Shown here: positions 10,883 through 19,625 of the stretch, one piece after another
Layout of the letters: every line of letters starts with the position of its first letter
How positions within the stretch are numbered: position 1 is the stretch's first letter
Translations under genes and position numbers: made by a program
Notes under the pieces: model-generated
What the model saw: the letters and a program-made list of their open reading frames with translations, nothing else
Databases searched by the model: none
What the model was told of the DNA's origin: nothing
From: a virus
Virus record (IMG/VR): IMGVR_UViG_3300048838_001106
Location: 32,001-96,000 of that record
Length of the DNA: 64,000 bases
Strand: one strand, 5' to 3'

Positions 10883-10937
10883 GTCTGCCTCTTGATCCCT
10901 TTGTTATCTTTATCATAAACCTGGTTACGGCGTAAAG

Positions 10938-12155
10938 TTACCATTGTATTGACGCGCCGAATCCTCTGGAATTGCTTGTGTCGTACATGCTCTTGCCTGC
11001 CAGTCCTGCGCCGAGCCCCGCTGCGGCTAGGCCTGCAATGCGCGCGGCGCGTCCTCCGGTGTTGATCTTGCGCAACACATCGTCGCGAGTCAACACGGGG
11101 TCAATCAATCCTGTGTACTGCTTAGCCCAGTCTTGGTACGTCGGCTTCATTTTCACGCTTGCAGCTTCTAAAATTGGGTCTCCGCTACCGCCGCGGCGTA
11201 AGGGTGCGCCGTCTTCCAAGATCTCGTTCAACCATGCGCGCCTGTCAGATGCGGGCATTTTATTGACATCCGGCTCACCATAATGAAGTGCGCGTTCTTC
11301 AACAAATTGTGTGATTTTTCTTTCTGCATAGTCCCCAAGACTGTCAGTGGTGTACAAAGGTGTCTTCCTGTACAAGTCGTCTTGAATGTGCCCGGCGTCG
11401 TCCCCCCTAATTGCAGCTCTCAGATGCGCAACGTATTGTTCTGGGTCTGCGCTCTCCATATGCCTATCGGCGCGCCCGAGCGCGAAACTGAGGTGTGGAT
11501 TGTCAACCGAGTCGCGCATGATTCTTCGAAACTCTTTGCCGTCCACAGGCATGCTGTCTACATCCGTGCCCTCTGGCAACGTTGCGGCCATCTGCCTTGC
11601 AGTTTCGTATCTTCTTCGTAAAAAATCCTTTCTGAAATCTTCTGGGTCTGCGCCCTCTGTTTCCCGAAACATATGCTTTGCTGCTTGAAGAGGCCCCTCT
11701 GAGAAATTTTTGTAGTGCTCTTCGCTAGCGGAGTCGAATGGCTGCAGCAGTCCAGCGCTCTGCAAAAGCGGAGACAATTTCCCTGTCCGGACCTTCTTAA
11801 CTAATTCTTGTCCCGTGATTGTGCTGCCGTCTCGCAGCGGCATTTTCTGATTAAGCAGGTCAGAACTCATGTCGGCGTACTCGCCTAAGGACATGCCTGA
11901 TCCTGTCAGTCGCTTGTATTCCCTCAACTTATCTGCAGTGTCATCGGCCAGGATTGACCCCTTCGTGTAATTCACGGCTCGATGTCCTGCTACTCCCGCG
12001 CCAAGTCCTGCACCTGCACCTGCCACTCCTAAATACATCTCAGGCTGATCTGCCAGATTCTCTCTCTGAGAACCAAAAGACACATTGAAAGCAGTTTTAG
12101 TGCGGCGCAGCCCCGCTGCGTGCAATGTCTGGCTGTATCCAGCGTTATAAAACAT
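10938..12155 (-). CDS. Leader-bearing protein with glycine zippers near both ends
   Basis: YNAGYSQTLHAAGL...TKTA leader; GVAGAGAGLGAGVAG near the N-terminus and AGLAAAGLGAGLAG near the C-terminus. Confidence 0.75.
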   Translation of the reverse strand: MFYNAGYSQTLHAAGLRRTKTAFNVSFGSQRENLADQPEMYLGVAGAGAGLGAGVAGHRAVNYTKGSILADDTADKLREYKRLTGSGMSLGEYADMSSDLLNQKMPLRDGSTITGQELVKKVRTGKLSPLLQSAGLLQPFDSASEEHYKNFSEGPLQAAKHMFRETEGADPEDFRKDFLRRRYETARQMAATLPEGTDVDSMPVDGKEFRRIMRDSVDNPHLSFALGRADRHMESADPEQYVAHLRAAIRGDDAGHIQDDLYRKTPLYTTDSLGDYAERKITQFVEERALHYGEPDVNKMPASDRRAWLNEILEDGAPLRRGGSGDPILEAASVKMKPTYQDWAKQYTGLIDPVLTRDDVLRKINTGGRAARIAGLAAAGLGAGLAGKSMYDTSNSRGFGASIQW

Positions 12156-12176
12156 GGCTTACTCCGTAAACAAAGA

Positions 12177-12947
12177 TCACCCGCCAAATGCGTTGCTGAA
12201 GCGAGACTGCGTTTTGAAGTCGGTGCCGAGATTCTTGTTGGCAGCCTGTCGAATCTTGTTGCCAGTCGTGTCGGCGTCGCCCATGCCGTATGCTGTAGCG
12301 CCCGCAGCTCCGAGGCCTGCTGTGCCCGCTCCTCCAATTATTGCGCCCTGTACGCCACGTCTTGCGCGGCCTTCTGTCTCCAGAGCCCGTAGAAGTTCGA
12401 AGTGCACCGCATTGTTTTGAAAATTGTCGGTGATCCCCGACAGCTCAGACGCTTCTCGGAAGCTTGGGTGGTGTAGATCTACGTTGTACCTGTTTCCCTG
12501 CTCATTGAGAGTCCTCTCAGCTCCGAACCCGTAACTCGATGGCTCTTGGCGTTTTCTTGAAATGAAGTCGTCATCTAGTCTACGTAGGTTCGATGGCGCA
12601 TTCCATATGTCGCTTAGCCACTCGCCAGGGCCGCCGCCCATGCTACGCCTTAGTGCGTAATCCATGGGTTCCACGCCGGGTATCATATCGCCTATCTCGC
12701 GTGCCGTTGCGTAAGGGTCGCTTAGTCTTTTTAGACCTCCCATCACTGTGTGTGCGCCAAAAAGGCCGTCCAATGGTACGCGTGCATTCACTTCTTTTTG
12801 TATGCTGGGTGCGTCAAAAAGATCGCCTACAGCACCTCCGGCTCCACGTATTGCCGCCGATGCCTGTTTGCTGTCTGACACCATGTTCAGATCTAACAGC
12901 CCCGCCGCACTAGCAACCTTCGCTAGCCCAAATGTGTAAGCGTCCAT
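12177..12947 (-). CDS. Leader-bearing glycine-zipper protein (GTDF family)
   Basis: YTFGLAKVASAAGL...KQA leader; C-terminal YGMGDADT...AANKNLGTDF; AGGAG SD upstream. Confidence 0.75.
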   Translation of the reverse strand: MDAYTFGLAKVASAAGLLDLNMVSDSKQASAAIRGAGGAVGDLFDAPSIQKEVNARVPLDGLFGAHTVMGGLKRLSDPYATAREIGDMIPGVEPMDYALRRSMGGGPGEWLSDIWNAPSNLRRLDDDFISRKRQEPSSYGFGAERTLNEQGNRYNVDLHHPSFREASELSGITDNFQNNAVHFELLRALETEGRARRGVQGAIIGGAGTAGLGAAGATAYGMGDADTTGNKIRQAANKNLGTDFKTQSRFSNAFGG

Positions 12948-12958
12948 CCTAAACTCCT

Positions 12959-14857
12959 TCAGTCCATAATCTCTGAAACTTTGTCGATAATCCGTCGCTT
13001 TCTATACGAAAGCTGTCCCTGCGTCAGGCCCGTCTTCGCTGCGAGCTGTGGATTGCTCAAGATAGGCTTTCCGGAATAGCCTGTCGAGTGTTCAAAGATG
13101 AGTTTGTCGATTGGGTCCATGTCGAAGTATAGCATGTCCACCAGGCCGTCGTCGGAATCTGAGCCCCACACACTCTTTCGCTCGAACAACCCTGCTCCTG
13201 TATCGAGCGACTCAATCAACTCTGGCCTCATTGAGCGCTGCACATCGGCGACCATCTTGCGAGACCACCCTAAGTGATCTGCCAGCTCGACGTCCGTCGG
13301 CTCACGGCCGTTCAGACTCATCAACTCTTCGGTGCTTCTGTGATACGCATTGAACTTGAGCTTCTTGTACTCCGGCACACGCACAGCGTCTTGATGTGTG
13401 TAGACCTCGCGACTGATCTTCTTGAGCCTGTTTGTGACATGCGTTGCCAGCGCTGCGCCGGCGTTTGGGTTGTACGATTTGATGGCTTCGAGAGCCAGGC
13501 CTTTCGCTTTTGTCTCCAGGACAGGCCTGGAGATTGCGCCTGCCCATCGATTGACCTCGGACTGAATAACCGGATCAAGCTGCTGCATCAGAGGCTGAAG
13601 TGTGTGTGGGCCGGGGTTCGCTTTGTAGGCCTCCCACAGTTCGATGTCGCGGGTTTTTACGCTGGATCTTTTATGCATGCCTGTTGTTACTAAGTTCTCT
13701 AGCTCTAGCATGTCACCTCCAGGTAACGGCTTCCACCTGCGGCTCAATGCGGGTCTTAGTGCGTGATCTGTGACAATCTTCTCATAAGTAGGTGAGTTGT
13801 TAACTCTTCGCGCAGGGGAGTATCCACTATTCTGATGCCGTATGTGGTCTATACCTTCGGGCACGATGTCCCCTTCTTCGTAATGGCGTTGCCACGCGCT
13901 CTGATCTTTTTTAGGGATCTTTCGAGTGTCGTACTCAAACACGCGGCTTGTACCGTCGCGGTGTCTTTCCCAGGCAGTTCCTGGGATATGAGACGCCGCG
14001 GCGTACTCCATGGCCACTTCAGGATGTGCAGTTGTCCATCGCAAGTCGTCCGGCGCCGAAAACCTACTTCGCGGGTTGTGCGTTGTACCGTGGTATGCAG
14101 CGCTGCTCGGGGCGTAACCCTCTCCCATAATTGGTTGACCGTCTCTGGTTACTGTATTGGGAGACATCACTTTTTTATTGGGATGTCCGGCCAGTGTCTT
14201 AGCTCTAGCCGACGGTGTCTCGTCCATACGTCTCTTTAGCGTCACCGCGTCGTTCATGCTCCACGCAGACTGTTCTCGCAATGCGTTAAACTCTTCAATT
14301 TTAGCTTTGTTTACGGGGTCGTCAAAGTACTTGCTCTTTATCCTGGGGGTCATGTGGTCAACTAGCGGTGCTTCGGTCTGAGGTATGCCCAAGTGTGTTT
14401 GGAGCGTGCGTTTAAGTTTTCCAGCAGCGCCAAGTGCTGATGACAACAGAGTCGGCGGTGATGCAGTGTGTGGTATGTTTGCTTCTTGTGCCGCCAATGC
14501 GTCGAAGAAGATTCGGTTATACTGGTTTCGGATTTCGGTATTAAACCGGTCTAAGTCTTCTCGAGACACGACACGAACTTCTCTGCGCGGCACCACACCT
14601 CGCTTTAACGCTTCTTCGCGCATACGTGCTGCAGGGAAGTACTCAGGAGATAATTTCTCTGCGTAATCCACAAGTGCGGCCGCTGTGTTGCTTGGAACGC
14701 CGGTCCAGTCATTTGTGCGCATTGCATTCATTAAAGTGTCGGCAGTCACGTCGCTAGGAATAGCCCCAGCACCCTGAAGTTTTTGGATCATCTTGGTGCT
14801 GATTGCGGTCTTTTCCATACCAGGTGGTGGGCCGACCGTCTTATTCTGCATCGTCAT
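12959..14857 (-). CDS. ADP-ribosyltransferase-like domain fused to a sigma-70-family sigma factor
   Basis: aa ~400-632: region 2 (LALEAIKSYNPNAGAALATHV), VRVPE, region 3 (GREPTDVELADHLG), region 4 HTH (LSNPQLAAKTGLTQGQLS). aa ~253-375: YHGT...WTTAHPEVAMEYA...VFEY...TYE, ART-like. Confidence 0.8.
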   Translation of the reverse strand: MTMQNKTVGPPPGMEKTAISTKMIQKLQGAGAIPSDVTADTLMNAMRTNDWTGVPSNTAAALVDYAEKLSPEYFPAARMREEALKRGVVPRREVRVVSREDLDRFNTEIRNQYNRIFFDALAAQEANIPHTASPPTLLSSALGAAGKLKRTLQTHLGIPQTEAPLVDHMTPRIKSKYFDDPVNKAKIEEFNALREQSAWSMNDAVTLKRRMDETPSARAKTLAGHPNKKVMSPNTVTRDGQPIMGEGYAPSSAAYHGTTHNPRSRFSAPDDLRWTTAHPEVAMEYAAASHIPGTAWERHRDGTSRVFEYDTRKIPKKDQSAWQRHYEEGDIVPEGIDHIRHQNSGYSPARRVNNSPTYEKIVTDHALRPALSRRWKPLPGGDMLELENLVTTGMHKRSSVKTRDIELWEAYKANPGPHTLQPLMQQLDPVIQSEVNRWAGAISRPVLETKAKGLALEAIKSYNPNAGAALATHVTNRLKKISREVYTHQDAVRVPEYKKLKFNAYHRSTEELMSLNGREPTDVELADHLGWSRKMVADVQRSMRPELIESLDTGAGLFERKSVWGSDSDDGLVDMLYFDMDPIDKLIFEHSTGYSGKPILSNPQLAAKTGLTQGQLSYRKRRIIDKVSEIMD

Positions 14858-14865
14858 ACGTCTCC

Positions 14866-15639
14866 TTACATCCCTTCTCGAACTGTGTTCGCCGCGTCTA
14901 CTGCAAGTCCACCAGCTAGCATCGCACTTAATGCCCCTCCTGCAAATCGACCTGGGTGCTTGCGAAGATACGTCCCCATGTCACCCAGAGACTCTCTCAG
15001 CACGCTGTGTTCTTTGTTGCCTACGCCGCCTCGAATGTACTTGGGGTCGACGGGAAATTCCGACGTGGCAGCTACGGTATGCTTACTGGCTTCCCACCCT
15101 GATGGCGTGTCTTGACCCATAAGAAAGTCAGGGTCGTGACTAAACCTGTCAGCGAACTGCGTGTACGGCATGTCTATGGTGACTGTGCGGGGGTGTCCAA
15201 AGAGTAATTCTTTAGCTTTGCCACGTGCCAGTCTAGCTTCCACTCCGTCAAGGTCGGTTCCTGCCAATGCGTTTAATTCATCCTCATTCATCACCGAAAA
15301 CGTGTTCGCAATAACCGACTGTGGCGTAACGTGAATCTTGTTTTTGCTGTTTTCGACGAAGTTTCCGTCGATGAACGATGCTCCTGTTCCGCCGTACTCA
15401 GGGCGCAGCCCTTCCCGAAGGATTGACTTGTGAGCATCATCAGACGCCGTACCGTGATACAGACGCTGCTGATTAGTCAAGCGGCTGTACGCGCCTGGTG
15501 CCAGCGCGCCAGCTATGCCTACCTGGGCAGCCGCGCCTGCGTAGTCGCCTACGCCCGGCTTATCCGGTTGTTCCAGGCCCAGGCTTTCCATGATGCCTGC
15601 TGTTTTGATGATGAGGTTGTAGCCATCGGTGTAGTTCAT
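14866..15639 (-). CDS. Leader-bearing ADP-ribosyltransferase-fold protein (H-G-T type)
   Basis: RLYHGT...SILREGLRP...IHVT...VDPKYI resembles Tpt1/KptA/PARP-like ART folds; YTDGYNLIIKTAGI leader; flanked by Gly/Ala hydrophobic segments. Confidence 0.7.
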   Translation of the reverse strand: MNYTDGYNLIIKTAGIMESLGLEQPDKPGVGDYAGAAAQVGIAGALAPGAYSRLTNQQRLYHGTASDDAHKSILREGLRPEYGGTGASFIDGNFVENSKNKIHVTPQSVIANTFSVMNEDELNALAGTDLDGVEARLARGKAKELLFGHPRTVTIDMPYTQFADRFSHDPDFLMGQDTPSGWEASKHTVAATSEFPVDPKYIRGGVGNKEHSVLRESLGDMGTYLRKHPGRFAGGALSAMLAGGLAVDAANTVREGM

Positions 15640-15642
15640 AAT

Positions 15643-16653
15643 TTACTTCTGCGTTACAGGCTTCATTGCGTAGCCAACTTGGTCTCCGTCACGTGCGCGG
15701 CGAACGGTGTACTCTGCGACGGGCTCAGGGATCATGCTGGGCGTTACCATGGTCTCATAAGTTGGGTGTCTTCGGCCGGCGATGACGTCGGATCTAGTCC
15801 TGGGATGCCACTTGCCGTCTTGTAATGGAGTCTCAGGTCTATTCACCAACTTGCCGTCCGCAAACCATTGGCGGCTGTACTCACCGGTTGGGTCGGAAAT
15901 GCGATTTGTTCTGAGCTGGTTTAGGTCCTCTGCGCGCGCGTTTATGTATTCTTGCGGCCCAATTCCTTGCCAATCTGCAGATGCCTCGGGGATAGGGCTG
16001 CCTAGTACTGGATCTTGTTTGAAGTCTGACTTTCTGTAGGCAAACATTCGGTTCGTATGTGGGCTATACCCACCCAGAGCAGCGTCACCGCTGGCGTACC
16101 CCGCTGCAACTTCGGGATGCCTGGACATATAAAACAGCTCTTTCTCTGAAGCCACATCTACTGGGTTGCCTCGATATAATATGTCGCCCGGCGCGTCTGA
16201 GTTTTTTCGAATGAACTCGGCATTGCCAGCAGATGGTACGAACGACTCACCTGGTTTTGGTGCGTGAGCTCCACTAAACCGCCGGTCAAGAGCTTGGCGT
16301 GCTGTGGCCTGTTGCAGTGTACTACTACTACGCGTTCTCAACACGTCTCGGTACGCATGGTGCGGAATCGTTAGTCTTGCTGGAGGACTATTATCATGGA
16401 ATATGCGCGCCCATGCAGGACCGAGTGATTTTTCGATTTCCGCGGTTCCTAGCAACGCATTTGAAAAAGCGTTTTGTCCCTCATGACCGGGTACAAAAGC
16501 ATTGATATTCCGGTTCGGTCCTTGAAACGATTTAGCGTATTCTGGATATTGCTCAGATAGACGCTTGTATAGTTCGCGCATCGGGCGATTCATCGCCACC
16601 TTTTCCACCAACGCTACACCTTCCCAGTATGCACTGCTCATGCTCGTACTCAC
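15643..16653 (-). CDS. Leader-bearing ADP-ribosyltransferase-fold protein (R-S-E-like)
   Basis: ILYRG...FYMSRHPEVAAGYA...RMFAY...PTYE; shares HPEVAxxYA and PTYE with the 12959 protein. Confidence 0.6.
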   Translation of the reverse strand: MSTSMSSAYWEGVALVEKVAMNRPMRELYKRLSEQYPEYAKSFQGPNRNINAFVPGHEGQNAFSNALLGTAEIEKSLGPAWARIFHDNSPPARLTIPHHAYRDVLRTRSSSTLQQATARQALDRRFSGAHAPKPGESFVPSAGNAEFIRKNSDAPGDILYRGNPVDVASEKELFYMSRHPEVAAGYASGDAALGGYSPHTNRMFAYRKSDFKQDPVLGSPIPEASADWQGIGPQEYINARAEDLNQLRTNRISDPTGEYSRQWFADGKLVNRPETPLQDGKWHPRTRSDVIAGRRHPTYETMVTPSMIPEPVAEYTVRRARDGDQVGYAMKPVTQK

Positions 16654-16671
16654 ATCCCGTTATTAAAAGAT

Positions 16672-16926
16672 CTACATCATCCATCGTCTGTAATTCGACT
16701 CATTTTCGAGGTCCGTTCCAAGTGCGTCGTTCGAAATATTTCGAAGATCGTTAGCTACCGTTCTAGCGTCATTCCACGGGGCGAAGCCGCCGGTGTCTAG
16801 TAGAATACCTGTTGTTCCCACTGCACCTAGAGCGGATGCGGCATGTAGATGGGACAATTCTGGCAGCTTCGTCATCAACCCCGCAACCTTCATTGCGCGC
16901 CGATATCCCATCTCGTAGCTATTCAT
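16672..16926 (-). CDS. Minimal leader + hydrophobic helix + GTD[FL]-motif protein
   Basis: YEMGYRRAMKVAGL leader; DART...NDLRNISNDALGTDL. Confidence 0.7.
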   Translation of the reverse strand: MNSYEMGYRRAMKVAGLMTKLPELSHLHAASALGAVGTTGILLDTGGFAPWNDARTVANDLRNISNDALGTDLENESNYRRWMM

Positions 16927-16929
16927 GTC

Positions 16930-19104
16930 TTATCCTCTATAGGCAGTTTGTGTCTGGTACACTCGAGCCCTGTAGGCTAGAAGCCTCTCCTGCCACGACC
17001 TCGATGAATCTGATTCGCTTATCCTACACGGATTGCCATCTACGTCTACGCTTTCTTGCTGAGCAATATCCTCGTTAGACACAAGAATTTGGACGTAATA
17101 CGGAGCGCCGTGCCCCTCACTTGGGCTGCTGGCGGATACTAACCCGCGTCTGGTTCCTCGGTCGCCTTGTGCATCGATGAATTGTTCAAGTGTGCAGATG
17201 GGTCTAGCGGCATATGTAAATGCAGCCTCCGGGTCATCCATAAATCTGCGGTAGCCGGGAGTAAGGCGAAAGTCAGGCGCTTCGCCGGTCACAGGCGACG
17301 ACACCACGCGCTCCGCGTTTTCCTTGTTCAATTGAATGGGTTCAATTATGCCTTCATCGCCTCGCAAGCCGAACACCTTCAGCAGGTCAAACAGCACCTT
17401 GTCTTTTGGCTTGTCGGCGCCGTAGAACATCCGCTGGTAATACTCGGACGCTTTTGCTTTTGTTTGGAAAACATCACGTATCGCCTGCACGGGGTGTTCT
17501 GGAGCGATAGATGGTGTGTTGTCGGTGATCTCGTCTATCCCCTCCTTGACCATCTGGTCCATCAGCAGGTCAATGACTTCGGATATCGGAGTGGCATACG
17601 TCATCGACACCTGTGTTGACATGTTCTCCTGCGAGAATGAATGATTGATTTGCGTAACATATGCGATGAGATGAACGCTTGAGTGTTCATTGTCGATAAT
17701 TGCGCTCGGGCATCCTGGTACTATGTATGGATTGTATGGTCCTGATGTGCCCGCATTTCGCTGTGCGGCGCGTGTCCGAAGATGCTCGTACCTGCAGAAC
17801 TTGTACTGAAGCGCGGCGTTCGCTGCACTGGTTCTTTCTGTCTGTTGAAGAAACATGTACCACGTAGGTGTGTTCATGTTGTTGTACACTGGGCCTTTGA
17901 AACGCTCTTCTTTGGTTATGAAGTTGAACACGCTCTCCTCGGAGTGATCCCCTGTTTTCTTCCGAGACAAGCGTTCGTTGGCTTCTGCCGGGTAACCCAC
18001 AGTAAGAGCCCTTGTTAGAACGTCGTTCGGTGACTGCTGCGCGAGCATATTCAGGACATGTGGATTGCCAAGGTATGTGCGCGTCGGCTGACGGGCGTAA
18101 GATTCGTCGTAGGAGAACTGCTCAATCATGCTTGGCCATAGAACGTTGAATCTTGGCGGAATACCAAATATGGTCTGAGGCTTAGTCATGTACGACGCCA
18201 CAACGTTGCGCAGTCTTGGTGGACCACCAGCTACCGTGTCTTCTCCAAAAGGCTCTCGCGTTGTCTCGTCCACCAGCAAGTAGGGCGCGGTGGGCAACAT
18301 CAGAAGCTCGTAATACATCGCCTGAAAGATGGTGGTAACGATGTTGTAGAACGATCCCTGGTCAAGCTGATTGCCCATCTTCGCTAAAGCCTCGATAGCG
18401 GATGTCGACTGCGTGGCTTTTAAGATAGGAAAAATGTGCGGCTCTGCATCTGCGTCGACGCCCACCAGGGATTCGACAAGCACAGATGGTACAAAGCGAT
18501 CTTTGAATTTGACCCTGTCCACCCATGGCTTAAACCATTGTTTGATAACCTCGGCCTGGTCAGACGACGGCATGGTGTCGCCAGACAGGTACTTGATCAG
18601 GCCCTCAACAAACTCAAATGGCCTTCGAATTTTATTGCCGCTCACAAAACCTGTTGTCAGCAAGCCATGCGTCGGTGCGAATGGATTGTTGACAAGCGTT
18701 GTGCCTCCTGTCGTGGACGTCTGCCCCTGAATAATGGTGTTCAGAGACTTAACGACATAAGGGAACAACCTGGTCAGAGACTCCATGAAGTCTACTGCTG
18801 TGTACGATATGTTACGTCCGCCTCCAGTTGACGAGTATGAGAAATTCGTAATCTCACCGTCAAAGGCAAGTCTGAACTCTGGCTTCTTGCCTTCAACTCG
18901 TGCCTGATGCGGATCTAAAGCAAATATCGTTAGCCGAACACGGTCGTCCCTGCCTATTCTTTGAAACACCCTGTCTGCCGGAAAGGTGACAGTTGCAGTG
19001 GGTATTGACCATACTCCGTAGGATATCTGTGCAGATATTGCGGGGCACTGCACGCCTTGCACATACACCAACCAACTCGCCCTGTTGACATACGCTGCAG
19101 TCAT
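16930..19104 (-). CDS. Probable baseplate hub (gp27/late-control-D-like) protein
   Basis: 724 aa downstream of the tape measure; N-terminal beta pattern (LVYVQGV...ATVTF...FDGEI) and YVTQINHSF near the end. Confidence 0.55.
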   Translation of the reverse strand: MTAAYVNRASWLVYVQGVQCPAISAQISYGVWSIPTATVTFPADRVFQRIGRDDRVRLTIFALDPHQARVEGKKPEFRLAFDGEITNFSYSSTGGGRNISYTAVDFMESLTRLFPYVVKSLNTIIQGQTSTTGGTTLVNNPFAPTHGLLTTGFVSGNKIRRPFEFVEGLIKYLSGDTMPSSDQAEVIKQWFKPWVDRVKFKDRFVPSVLVESLVGVDADAEPHIFPILKATQSTSAIEALAKMGNQLDQGSFYNIVTTIFQAMYYELLMLPTAPYLLVDETTREPFGEDTVAGGPPRLRNVVASYMTKPQTIFGIPPRFNVLWPSMIEQFSYDESYARQPTRTYLGNPHVLNMLAQQSPNDVLTRALTVGYPAEANERLSRKKTGDHSEESVFNFITKEERFKGPVYNNMNTPTWYMFLQQTERTSAANAALQYKFCRYEHLRTRAAQRNAGTSGPYNPYIVPGCPSAIIDNEHSSVHLIAYVTQINHSFSQENMSTQVSMTYATPISEVIDLLMDQMVKEGIDEITDNTPSIAPEHPVQAIRDVFQTKAKASEYYQRMFYGADKPKDKVLFDLLKVFGLRGDEGIIEPIQLNKENAERVVSSPVTGEAPDFRLTPGYRRFMDDPEAAFTYAARPICTLEQFIDAQGDRGTRRGLVSASSPSEGHGAPYYVQILVSNEDIAQQESVDVDGNPCRISESDSSRSWQERLLAYRARVYQTQTAYRG

Positions 19105-19625
19105 GTGGTCACCACGATATTCAGGTCAATAAGCGCTGCAATGACACATATGCATGCGGTAGCAGCGGCTCTGTATAGTCCATTGTCTGACAGGAAGCGG
19201 TCTAGAATCCACTCTGAGATGGCTGGATGCAGTCCTTTTGCCTCCAGCTCTTGCAGGGCTGGTGTGATGTTGCCGTAGTATGGTCGTAGGATCAGGTCCA
19301 GGTCGAGTACGCGAATCCTTGACCGAAATGTGATGTCCAACGTGTCTTCCTCGTAGTATGGCTTAACCAGGTTACCAAACTCGAACAGAGCTGCGGTGTA
19401 GAGCACCGCTTTAACGGCGGGCGCGCCTGTGGACTCGCTGAGTATGTTGCCTCTGATTACGCGGAGCAGCGCGTTGGCATTAGGCATTGACAGTGCGCCA
19501 AGCAACTTGGCCTCCAGATCCGACTCGGCACTAGTAACGTCGTCTTCCGCCAGGCGCAGCGGAATGCTAACTGTCAGGCCTAAAATAGGGCCGTCGGACC
19601 CCAATTGAATGCTGATGTTGGTCAT
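19101..19625 (-). CDS. Hypothetical tail-module protein
   Basis: 174 aa; overlaps neighbours at start and stop. Confidence 0.6.
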   Translation of the reverse strand: MTNISIQLGSDGPILGLTVSIPLRLAEDDVTSAESDLEAKLLGALSMPNANALLRVIRGNILSESTGAPAVKAVLYTAALFEFGNLVKPYYEEDTLDITFRSRIRVLDLDLILRPYYGNITPALQELEAKGLHPAISEWILDRFLSDNGLYRAAATACICVIAALIDLNIVVTT

